A DNA stretch of 64,000 nt from assembly GCA_963676835.2 (NCBI GenBank), contig CAXXFF010000003.1:864001-928000 (forward strand). Reading direction: 5' to 3'. The translations under genes and the position numbers were made by a program. Shown here piece by piece: positions 55,553-64,000 of the stretch (within the stretch, counting starts at the first letter, position 1; each line of letters begins with the position of its first letter). This DNA comes from Marispirochaeta sp. GTDB taxonomy: Bacteria; Spirochaetota; Spirochaetia; JC444; Marispirochaetaceae. The notes below the pieces were generated by a model that saw only the letters and a program-made list of their open reading frames with translations, did no database searches and was not told the DNA's origin.

Positions 55553-57724
55553 TTACTTACTCCCTGTTTCAACCCGGTGGGTATTTGCAAGCTTGAATCT
55601 TCCTGTCAGTTCATCAACTTTACGGATACTGTCCTGGTTGAGGATACTCTGCTCTTTGACTGCCAGAACTGCTGCGTCGATCTCGCTGATACCGGTGGTA
55701 ATCTCGGTCATTCCCCCGGCAACGGATGCACTGATCTGCTGGAGCTGCTGAAAATCGTTGAGAACCTGTCCGCTCCGCTCTTCCATGGAAGAGGATGAGT
55801 CAATAACATTCTGTGTGATCTGTGTAATACTAGACAGGGCTGTACGAATTTCCGAAGACCCCGCATCCTGTTCCGCAACGGACTGCATCACCTCCCCCTG
55901 CAGCCTGCTTACAGTCTCGATCAGGTTGTTCATTACTCCAAAACTCTCTTCGGTGGAACGTGCGGAAACAACCGACTTGTCAATCCTGCCCTGAATAGCC
56001 TTCAGGTTCTGGGAGATTGATTTAGACTGGGTGGATGCATTTTCCGCGAGCTTGCGGATTTCATCCGCAACAACCGCAAAACCGCGGCCAGCTTCCCCGG
56101 CGTGGGCAGCCTCGATGGCGGCATTCATGGCCAGAAGATTTGTCTGGGAGGCGATGTTGTATATGAGAGTATTGGCATCGGCCAGCTGTTCCGACTGGCG
56201 GGCAATGGTATCTATCTCGGTGGTTACCTCGTTAAGGTTTTCCCGGCCGCTTTGTGCAGCGGCTACAAGCTGAATAATCTGCTCGTTGGTCATTTCGGAT
56301 ATTTCCTGCTCAGCCCGAATGCTGTTCAGAAGCATTTCAATGGAAGCGGAAGACTGGGTTACCGCCGCCGCCTGATCTTCTATCTGACTGTGGAGCTGGG
56401 TAAGACTCTGGAGGAATGAGCGGAGAACATCTATGGACTGGGAAACCGTGGAGTTCTGCGCATCCACCTGCTTCTCCATGCTGGTAAGAATGCTGGAAAT
56501 TTCCGCCTCTGCAGCGGCGGTCTGTTCCATGCTGCCCGCAAGCTCACTGCTTATGGAGTCCAGTGTCCGCACCTCGGAGACTACATCACCAATCAGACCG
56601 TTAAGGCTTAAAATAAAGGCGTTAAAGTTTGCCGATAATTTTGCGATCTCATCCCTGCCGGAACTGGGAAGGGTAACTGAAAGATCTCCCTCACCTTCGG
56701 CAATTTCCTTTAACAGATTACCCATCTGGTTGAGGGGGGTGGTAATTGCCCGGATAAAGAGAAAACTGAGTAGAACGATTATCACCAGGGGGATAATGAA
56801 AGTAAGCAGAGTATTCCTGAGAGCTGCCTTCAGCCCTGAAAGAATGTTCTGGTTAAACGACTTTGTCTCTTCAATCTCCCTGCCGCTTATGGTACTGATA
56901 CGGTTAACAACCTCCGTGGCATTAGTCCAGAACTCTTCATATTCCTGCCGATAGTTTCCGACATCTGCCGCATTGATAATTTCCCGTAAAGTGTCCTTTA
57001 CAAATAACCATGAAGCCGAGTTCCAGAGGCTGCTTTTTTCAGCAAACGACTCTTCCGAGAGAACAAGTCCGGGACTGTCCAGAGACTGAAGTATTGCTTC
57101 GTAGTCGCTTATAAGGGTAAAGAGCATCAGCTGGTTGATAGGTGCGTCACTGGCAAGAATTCCCGAGGTATATCCCCTGAAACGTCCCGCTCCCTCCTGG
57201 GCTTCTGCAAGAATCATCAGGGAGACCAGTCGCTTACCTATTCCCCCGGAAGTTTTCCTGGATGCTATTTCACCGGTTGCTGTAAAAAGCTGATCAACCA
57301 GACCGGAATAATAGGTCATTATGCTGGAAAATGAAACATTCCGTGAGTCTGTCCGGGTTCTGATATTCTTGATATCTCCGGAAAATGCAGCGAGGAAAGC
57401 TCTGGATTCAGCAGACAGGTATGTATCAAAACCTCCCTGCAGAAGGACATTCAGCCGTTGATCGGTTTCAGTCCGAGTCTCTTTCACCTTCGCAAGGCTG
57501 GATCCTCCTCCAACAAAAGTTGAGGAAGTACCTCTTTCAACCTGGATGGCATGCACCAGGGCAAAGCTCTTTTCAATAAAATCAAGATAGGCATTCTGCG
57601 AACTCATAATGGAAAGCTGCTGCAGGTTTGAAAGTGAAGCCATGGCTCCCTGGTAGGCAAATGCAATAAAAGGAATTATTACCAGAATTAAAAGCTTGCT
57701 TCTCAGCGATAGGTGAAGTTTCAT
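55553..57724 (-). CDS. Methyl-accepting chemotaxis protein with NIT-like sensor (tandem paralog)
   Basis: [10 protein letters not shown]; same architecture as the adjacent MCP. Confidence 0.92.
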   Translation of the reverse strand: MKLHLSLRSKLLILVIIPFIAFAYQGAMASLSNLQQLSIMSSQNAYLDFIEKSFALVHAIQVERGTSSTFVGGGSSLAKVKETRTETDQRLNVLLQGGFDTYLSAESRAFLAAFSGDIKNIRTRTDSRNVSFSSIMTYYSGLVDQLFTATGEIASRKTSGGIGKRLVSLMILAEAQEGAGRFRGYTSGILASDAPINQLMLFTLISDYEAILQSLDSPGLVLSEESFAEKSSLWNSASWLFVKDTLREIINAADVGNYRQEYEEFWTNATEVVNRISTISGREIEETKSFNQNILSGLKAALRNTLLTFIIPLVIIVLLSFLFIRAITTPLNQMGNLLKEIAEGEGDLSVTLPSSGRDEIAKLSANFNAFILSLNGLIGDVVSEVRTLDSISSELAGSMEQTAAAEAEISSILTSMEKQVDAQNSTVSQSIDVLRSFLQSLTQLHSQIEDQAAAVTQSSASIEMLLNSIRAEQEISEMTNEQIIQLVAAAQSGRENLNEVTTEIDTIARQSEQLADANTLIYNIASQTNLLAMNAAIEAAHAGEAGRGFAVVADEIRKLAENASTQSKSISQNLKAIQGRIDKSVVSARSTEESFGVMNNLIETVSRLQGEVMQSVAEQDAGSSEIRTALSSITQITQNVIDSSSSMEERSGQVLNDFQQLQQISASVAGGMTEITTGISEIDAAVLAVKEQSILNQDSIRKVDELTGRFKLANTHRVETGSK

Positions 57725-57803
57725 AGGGCTCCCTGACACATAAATTAGACCATTAAAAGTATCGGCATTATATATGGGAATGTTGATTTACCCCGCAAAA
57801 GTA

Positions 57804-57864
57804 TTGACTTATTTTGCGCCGCAAAGTAACTTTGCATTACAAAGCAACTTTGCAGTGCAAACAT
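57804..57864 (+). promoter_or_regulatory. Promoter overlapped by three tandem 18-bp palindromic operators
   Basis: TTGACT-17-TAACTT; ATTTTGCGCCGCAAAGTA, ACTTTGCATTACAAAGCA, ACTTTGCAGTGCAAACAT. Confidence 0.72.
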
Positions 57865-57883
57865 CAGAAGATCTGGAGTGTTT

Positions 57884-58486
57884 ATGAAAGAAGATCCGGA
57901 AAAAATGAACAGCTACCTGAAGGACCTTCAGGAGATATCCGACCTGGCCAGGAGAAACGACGAAAATCCCCTGGTGGAATACTGGGACTTTATCTCCTGG
58001 GGCATACTGCTTATTATCGGAACCCTGCTTCATTCTCTGTTTTTTCCACGACAGCTGAACCATGCTCTTCTTGTTATCTGGCTTCCGATAATTCTTGTCG
58101 GGGGAGTTGTGGAAAGTCTGGCATGGGCGGCAATGGTAAAAAAACTGCAGGTCCCCCTTACCAACAGGCATAACCGGAGAAAATACATCTCTCTACTGAC
58201 AGTTTTTACTGCAGTCTGCATCAGCTTTTTCTATATCATTCATCTGAACGGCCCGGTTCCTGGACTTATGCTCATACTGCTCTCCATTCTTTTCGCAATG
58301 ATTGTACAGATGAGTTATTTTGCCCTGATCGCAGAAACCCTGATAACCCTGGCAGCAGGAATTATCCTGACAGTTCTCGACGTTCACGGAACCGCAATAA
58401 CCACCGCAACAGGCATCTATACGGGCTGTGTTTTTCTGATTATGGGTTTACACGCCCGTTATCTGGAAAAGAAGCATGGAAACTGA
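57884..58486 (+). CDS. Hypothetical integral membrane protein (~6 TM)
   Basis: Hydrophobic helices; first gene of the operon. Confidence 0.75.
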   Translation: MKEDPEKMNSYLKDLQEISDLARRNDENPLVEYWDFISWGILLIIGTLLHSLFFPRQLNHALLVIWLPIILVGGVVESLAWAAMVKKLQVPLTNRHNRRKYISLLTVFTAVCISFFYIIHLNGPVPGLMLILLSILFAMIVQMSYFALIAETLITLAAGIILTVLDVHGTAITTATGIYTGCVFLIMGLHARYLEKKHGN

Positions 58487-58488
58487 AG

Positions 58489-58809
58489 ATGATGGAACTG
58501 TTTACCCGCTTTGATGCGGTCTTTTTTGAAAAAACACGGCTCAGCCTGCTTACCCTGATAATCCAGGAAGAGGAAGCCGCTTTCAACCGACTGAAGCTCC
58601 GACTGAAAATGAGTGACGGTGCCCTCTACACCCACCTGGAAAAGCTTATTAACGCAGGTTATGTGGAGAAAAAGAAACAGATAGCCGGCACAAATGTCCA
58701 GACTGTGTACAGCGCAACAGAAAGCGGGAAGCAGCAGTTTTCGGAATATCTGCTCTTTATGGAGGAGATGATAAAGAACGGACAAAACACCCGAAAGGAG
58801 GAACAATGA
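58489..58809 (+). CDS. Winged-helix transcriptional regulator (MarR/ArsR-like, HTH_34 type)
   Basis: RL.LL..., F..LK..L.MSDGAL..HL.KL..AGYV, T.Y..T..G. Confidence 0.88.
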   Translation: MMELFTRFDAVFFEKTRLSLLTLIIQEEEAAFNRLKLRLKMSDGALYTHLEKLINAGYVEKKKQIAGTNVQTVYSATESGKQQFSEYLLFMEEMIKNGQNTRKEEQ

Positions 58810-59570
58810 AAACCAAAACCATAATCGCAGCCCTGATATTTATGACCGCCCTGACAGGTTTACCTCTCTTCTCAAATCCGGCAGATGCGGACAGCCTGCT
58901 GCGGAAAGTGGAACAGGTTATCAACCCGGAAATCTACTCTTCTGTAATGCAGATCTCCACACAAAAACCGGGGCAGAGAGATTCCGAAATCGGGATGAAT
59001 ATTCTGTATAAGGAAGGATCCGGCTCTTTTATAGAGATGACAGAACCCGCGAGAAGCCGGGGAATCCGCATGCTGGAGCTGGATTCAAGCCTCTATCTCT
59101 ACAATCCCAAATCAAACAGCCGCAGGCCAATCCGCCTTTCACCGGAACAGTCATTTCAGGGAACGGTATTCAGCAATAACGATGTTTCCGACCCCCGCTA
59201 CAGCGATGATTACAATGCTCAACTCTCCGGGGAGGAACTAATAGACCATCCCGATTTCGGCAAAACTCAGTGCCTGGTCCTCACAGCGGAGGCCAAAACA
59301 CGGGAAGCACCCTACGGAAAAATTGTTATCTGGATCCACAAGGAGAAACTGATTCCCCTGAAATTTGACTATTATGCAAAATCGGGACTGCTGTTTAAAA
59401 CCATGATCCTGAAGGACTACCGTCAGATGGCAGGCGATTTACGGCCGGCAACCATGCATATGGATTCTCTGGAGCTGGAAGGAGCCTGGTCTGAAGTAAA
59501 GATAGAGTCCATGGAAGCACTGAAAGACATTCCCGACAGCCGCTTCTCCACGGCAGCATTGATACGATGA
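58806..59570 (+). CDS. LolA-like outer-membrane lipoprotein-sorting protein
   Basis: Signal peptide; P..RG..ML, SFQGTVFSNND, PYGKI..WI, YYAKSG.L.K. Confidence 0.8.
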   Translation: MKTKTIIAALIFMTALTGLPLFSNPADADSLLRKVEQVINPEIYSSVMQISTQKPGQRDSEIGMNILYKEGSGSFIEMTEPARSRGIRMLELDSSLYLYNPKSNSRRPIRLSPEQSFQGTVFSNNDVSDPRYSDDYNAQLSGEELIDHPDFGKTQCLVLTAEAKTREAPYGKIVIWIHKEKLIPLKFDYYAKSGLLFKTMILKDYRQMAGDLRPATMHMDSLELEGAWSEVKIESMEALKDIPDSRFSTAALIR

Positions 59571-60709
59571 AAACAGCATTCAGAAGGGTTCTGCTGTCAC
59601 TGCTGCTGATTCCCCTTATTCCCGCCTACTCTCAGGACTACTCACTCTTCGGTCAGATTGAGATGGAAGGGACGTACTCAGGCGATCTTGAGTCACAGCT
59701 TTCTGTCGAGGCAGACCATTCTTTAGACTATGAAAACTTCAGCTTCCGTATGCGCCACAAGCTGAGTCTGGACGAACAGGAAACACCTGAGCACCAGCTC
59801 AATGAAGCCTATATTTCATGGTATACGATTCCCGAGTTGACCATTACCACCGGAAAACAGCGCCTTCCCTGGGGAAGAGGCACCGCCTTCTTTCCCACCG
59901 ACACCCTGCATCCCTCCCACACCAGAGAAGATGTGGAAGGCTTCACCGGCCTCAGCGCTGTCTACAACCCGAACCTGAGAGTCCAGATAAACAGCGCAGT
60001 GGATTTTTCCGCCCCCCTGGAAGCCGCAGCAGGTAGCAGTGAAAACAGTGATTTCTACACCAGCCTTAAATATGCTTCATATGTTTCGTTTACCGCAGGC
60101 ACTGCAGATATTGCCCTGTCTGGAGTATACCGCAACGGGGAAACCCTCCGGCCCGGTGCTGGAATATCCCTCGACGCGTGGGGCTTCATACTCAGTTCCG
60201 AAGCGGCTGTTGAAATGGCAGGGGGGAATGTTTATCCCGACCCGACGGCTTTAAGCTTCAACAAAGCGGATACTCCGCTGATGCTGGTTTCTGGAGGTAT
60301 ACGAAAAACCCATATTCCCGAAAGCCTGCCGGACCTCTCTCTTACCGCAGCCTGTGAATATCTCTACGCCGGTACAGGCTATTCCGAATCAGAGAGGAAA
60401 CGCTATGTTGAACTTGCTGCCCTGGGTGTTGAACCGGATGGTACACTGCCGACACTGGGCAGACAGTATGTTTTTATCCTGGCCGGGGTGGAACTGCTGA
60501 ACAGTTTCAGCCTCGAGTTAGCGGCTACTGCCGGACTGCCGGACTACTCTGCACTCTACAGTGCAGAGTTGAAACTTCTCACAATCCCGGGAGTCGATTT
60601 AAGCGCCGGGGCGGAAGTTCCCACCGGCAGCAGCGACAGTGAATTTGGTTTAATGAAAGCTCTTTACGGTGATTACCGTATCAACCTGGGTACAACCATC
60701 TACTTCTAA
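59567..60709 (+). CDS. Probable outer-membrane beta-barrel protein
   Basis: Signal peptide, LNEAYI, TGKQRLPWG, terminal aromatic strand GTTIYF. Confidence 0.7.
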   Translation: MKTAFRRVLLSLLLIPLIPAYSQDYSLFGQIEMEGTYSGDLESQLSVEADHSLDYENFSFRMRHKLSLDEQETPEHQLNEAYISWYTIPELTITTGKQRLPWGRGTAFFPTDTLHPSHTREDVEGFTGLSAVYNPNLRVQINSAVDFSAPLEAAAGSSENSDFYTSLKYASYVSFTAGTADIALSGVYRNGETLRPGAGISLDAWGFILSSEAAVEMAGGNVYPDPTALSFNKADTPLMLVSGGIRKTHIPESLPDLSLTAACEYLYAGTGYSESERKRYVELAALGVEPDGTLPTLGRQYVFILAGVELLNSFSLELAATAGLPDYSALYSAELKLLTIPGVDLSAGAEVPTGSSDSEFGLMKALYGDYRINLGTTIYF

Positions 60710-60718
60710 GGAGAAAAA

Positions 60719-61411
60719 ATGGCACTGCTTGAAATAACCGATGTACGAAAAGAGTATTACCTTGGAAAAACCGTTATTCCCGCTCTAAAAGGTGTCAGCT
60801 TCCGGGTGGAACCGGGAGACTTCATTTCCATTGTCGGGCCTTCGGGATGCGGAAAAACCACCCTGCTTAACATTCTCGGCTGTATCGATAAACCCAGCGG
60901 AGGAGAAGTTCTCTTCGACGGCAAAAACCTGGCGGATCTTTCGGACAACCAGGAAGCCGAGATCCGTCTGGAGCAGATCGGTTTCATCTTTCAGTCCTTC
61001 AACCTTGTACCGGTACTCAGCTGTTTTGAAAACATTGAATTTCCCCTGATTCTTGCAGGGGTAAATAAAAAAGAACGGAAAGAGCGGGTTGATCACCTGG
61101 TTTCCCTTGTCGGGCTTGAAGAGTTTTCAGCCCACCGTCCGGATGAACTCTCCGGAGGACAGCGCCAGAGGGTCGCCATTGCCCGGGCACTTATAAACCG
61201 CCCTTCTCTGATAATCGCCGATGAGCCTACGGCAAACCTCGATTCCGAAACGGGAGACATGATTCTTGAAACCATGGCGCGGCTGAACAGGGAAGAAAAG
61301 GTTACTTTTATATTCTCCACCCATAATCCGGAAATAATGAACTATGCCCGGAAAATCATCCGGCTCAGGGACGGCCTTGTGCAGAAAATAGAAACCGGGG
61401 TCAATAAATGA
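60719..61411 (+). CDS. LolD/MacB-type ABC ATPase
   Basis: GPSGCGKTT, IGFIFQSFNL, LSGGQRQRVAIARAL, ADEPTANLD, STH. Confidence 0.93.
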   Translation: MALLEITDVRKEYYLGKTVIPALKGVSFRVEPGDFISIVGPSGCGKTTLLNILGCIDKPSGGEVLFDGKNLADLSDNQEAEIRLEQIGFIFQSFNLVPVLSCFENIEFPLILAGVNKKERKERVDHLVSLVGLEEFSAHRPDELSGGQRQRVAIARALINRPSLIIADEPTANLDSETGDMILETMARLNREEKVTFIFSTHNPEIMNYARKIIRLRDGLVQKIETGVNK

Positions 61412-62640
61412 TCTTTCTGAAAGTTGCCGTTAAAAACATGCTTATCCGCAAGAAACGCACGTTGATAATTCTTACGGCGATCGCAGTTTCTGTGGCGGTA
61501 ATACTCTTTGTTCAGGGAATGGTGGAAGGAGTGCGGCAGAACTTCTTTACCAGTATGCTTAAAGAGAGCGGTCACATTCAGATACTGCCTCAAGGCACAG
61601 AAGATGCTCTTGACCCCTACGACCTCGGCCTGCTTATTGATAAGCCGGATGATCTCATGGAAAAAACAGAAAACCTTCCGGAAATCATCCGGGCGGAAAA
61701 GGTGCTGACCTTCGGCTGCATGCTCATCGCAGGCGAAAAGAATCTCACCATCAGCGGAACAGGGACAACAGCAGATACCCAGTTTTTCGCAAAGGCCCGG
61801 GAACATACCCTTCAGGGGCAGTTTCTCTCAGATGACAGCAGCGGCCAGCCGGGCATAAGCATTAGCCTGCGTATTGCAGACCTCCTTGAAGTCAAACTGG
61901 GTGACCCGGTTGTTGTATTAACCGAGGACAGTACAGGGTCTCCATGGTATGTGGAATACACTGTAACCAGCCTGTTTGAAACAAAAAGCCGTGAGTTCGA
62001 TGAGGGAACCTTCTTTATACCCCACGAAGAAGCAGAAAACCTGCTCTATGTTCCCGGACAAACAAGAGAGATCCGTCTGCTGCTCAACGATTACACACTG
62101 GCTGAGAAGGTTGTCAAAACCCTTACCGACTCCACCGCAGCTGTTTATTCCGGAACCATCGAGGTGAAAACCTGGGAACAGATCCACGGCAGCTACCTGA
62201 TACTGATCGACCTGTTTGATATCTTCATAGTTTTTATGGATATCTTCACCATAATAGTTGCCGCCACGGTTATAACAAACTCAATCCTGATGAATGTATT
62301 TGAGCATACCCGGGAGTACGGGACCCTCAGGGCCATCGGCATGAAGAGGAGGCAGCTTTTCGGTCTGATCTTAACTGAAGGGTTTGTGCAGGGAAGCCTG
62401 GGGAGTATCGCCGGAATGCTTATCGGAATCCCGCTGGTGCTTTACTTTCAGGTTAACGGCCTGGACTGGGGAGAAATAACCGAGAGTTTCGGCATGGGAG
62501 ACGCCCTCTACTTTCACCTTGTACCCGCCCATGCCGCAGCGGGCGCTCTGGCGGGGGTAATTATCGCCTGTGCCGGTTCACTCTATGCAGCCATGGTAAG
62601 CACCCGTCAAACAATTATGCAATCCCTTGGGTCTCTATAG
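61408..62640 (+). CDS. LolC/E (FtsX-like) ABC permease
   Basis: KNMLIRKKRT, large periplasmic loop, EYGTLRAIGM. Confidence 0.9.
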   Translation: MIFLKVAVKNMLIRKKRTLIILTAIAVSVAVILFVQGMVEGVRQNFFTSMLKESGHIQILPQGTEDALDPYDLGLLIDKPDDLMEKTENLPEIIRAEKVLTFGCMLIAGEKNLTISGTGTTADTQFFAKAREHTLQGQFLSDDSSGQPGISISLRIADLLEVKLGDPVVVLTEDSTGSPWYVEYTVTSLFETKSREFDEGTFFIPHEEAENLLYVPGQTREIRLLLNDYTLAEKVVKTLTDSTAAVYSGTIEVKTWEQIHGSYLILIDLFDIFIVFMDIFTIIVAATVITNSILMNVFEHTREYGTLRAIGMKRRQLFGLILTEGFVQGSLGSIAGMLIGIPLVLYFQVNGLDWGEITESFGMGDALYFHLVPAHAAAGALAGVIIACAGSLYAAMVSTRQTIMQSLGSL

Positions 62641-62743
62641 AAAGATGAAGGGTTATGAGCAGAAGCAGCGTAAAAACTGAGAAGACAGAAGACAAAACAC
62701 AGAAGAGAAAAGAGAAGAGAGAACACAGAAAAAAGGAGCTGGA

Positions 62744-63976
62744 ATGGAACTGTTAAGCCTTGCCCTGAAGAATGTTTTCCGTAACCGTCGGCGCAGCCTT
62801 CTCAATATAATAGCCCTGGCCCTGGCGACAGCCCTTATGATTCTCGGCCTGGGCTGGGTTGAGGGATACCATACCTATATCTACAAAGCCATGCAGGATT
62901 TCGAATCCGGCGACCTTCAGATGGTTCCGGAAAACTATCTGCGGGAACAACGCCGCTTCCCCCTTGATCTGGCTCTGGATGACTACAGCAGTCTTAAAGC
63001 ACAGCTTAAATCCTACCCGGAAATACGGGAAGCCACGGGCCGCATAGATTTCAGTCTGCGGCTCTCCAACCGGAAAGAGTCAGTTTGGCTTGCAGGAAGA
63101 GGTATTGATCCTGAAAGCGAGGGCAATACCACGGTTCTTTCCGGTTTTATAGATCAGGGGAACTATCTTTCCAGCAACTCCCGGGGGATTCTTTTGGGAA
63201 AAGAGCTGGCTGAAAGAATGGACGTATCTCCCGGAGATACCCTCTATATCGTAGCCCGTGACCGCTATGGAGCAGAAAACTTTGTGGATATACGGGTTTC
63301 CGGTATTTTTCATTACGGATTTCCGCAAATAGACAAGAATGTTGTCTTTCTGGATCTCGAAAGCGCCATGGAACTCCTTGATATGGATAACCGGGTAAGC
63401 CGCATTGTAATGCGCCTTTCTCCGGGAGTATCCATCAACCGGGGAGTGGACATTCTCAATGGCAGAGATCTTCCCGGAGAGATTTACGGATGGAAAACCT
63501 TTGCCCAGGCGACGGTTTCCGCAGTAGAAGCAGACTCCGGATCCTTCTATATGATACTGACCATTCTCTATATTCTTATTGTTCTGGGAATACTCAACAG
63601 CATGTCCATGAGCGTCCATGAACGCACCAGAGAAATAGGAACCCTGCGGGCAATAGGTATGAAGAGAGGCTATCTGACCTCCATGCTGCTGGCAGAAAGC
63701 GCATGGCTGGCTCTTATTGCCGCTGCCTTTGCATTGATTCTGTCCATTCCCATGATCTGGTACCTTGGAACTGTGGGTCTGGATATATCGAGTCAGATGC
63801 CGGAGGAAATTCCCGTACCCTTCGGAGAGATGTTCTACGCCGATTTCAAGCTGCATCACTTTCTTGTCACCATGGCTGTTACCAGCCTGGCGGCTTTTGC
63901 CGGAACACTTCGCCCGGCATTTAAAGCTGCAAAGCTGACCGTTGCGGATTCAATGAGAGGCGGCGGTCTGGGATAG
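62744..63976 (+). CDS. LolC/E (FtsX-like) ABC permease 2
   Basis: KNVFRNRRRS, ERTREIGTLRAIGM. Confidence 0.9.
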   Translation: MELLSLALKNVFRNRRRSLLNIIALALATALMILGLGWVEGYHTYIYKAMQDFESGDLQMVPENYLREQRRFPLDLALDDYSSLKAQLKSYPEIREATGRIDFSLRLSNRKESVWLAGRGIDPESEGNTTVLSGFIDQGNYLSSNSRGILLGKELAERMDVSPGDTLYIVARDRYGAENFVDIRVSGIFHYGFPQIDKNVVFLDLESAMELLDMDNRVSRIVMRLSPGVSINRGVDILNGRDLPGEIYGWKTFAQATVSAVEADSGSFYMILTILYILIVLGILNSMSMSVHERTREIGTLRAIGMKRGYLTSMLLAESAWLALIAAAFALILSIPMIWYLGTVGLDISSQMPEEIPVPFGEMFYADFKLHHFLVTMAVTSLAAFAGTLRPAFKAAKLTVADSMRGGGLG

Positions 63977-63982
63977 CCGCAA

Positions 63983-64000
63983 GGGCACCTCTAAAGAACT
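63983..64000 (+). mobile_element. Probable left end of another MITE-like or IS element (cut by the window edge)
   Basis: GGGCACCTCTAAA, identical to the first 13 bp of copy 1, 6 bp after the permease stop. Confidence 0.6.

Overview
Bacterial chromosome segment, most likely from a free-living spirochaete. This is inferred from the gltX-glyS(alpha2)-tyrS cluster near an HK-GYP protein, the many lipoboxed surface proteins, and the PilZ and chemotaxis genes. From left to right it contains: divergent tRNA-Arg(CCG) and tRNA-Phe(GAA); a 149-bp tandem array; a Mg/Co-chelatase chlI/chlD-type gene split by an A_AAA_AAG -1 frameshift site; a block of three RCC1-repeat lipoproteins facing two 7TM histidine kinases (one lacking the phospho-His) and a NarL-type regulator; an ABC importer; two AAA+/DUF4143 ATPases; a FIST chemoreceptor; cluster-less MutY; a MazEF-type toxin-antitoxin pair; a PadR/flavodoxin operon; an FGE-fold lipoprotein resembling a DGR target; the aminoacyl-tRNA synthetase cluster with a displaced duplicate of the tyrS 3' end; a SplB-like radical SAM protein; two NIT-domain MCPs; and a LolA/LolCDE-like export operon. 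A family of ~155-bp MITE-like hairpin elements occurs four times. No CRISPR array, integrase, transposase or reverse transcriptase was seen. All calls come from motif reading; no database searches were run.
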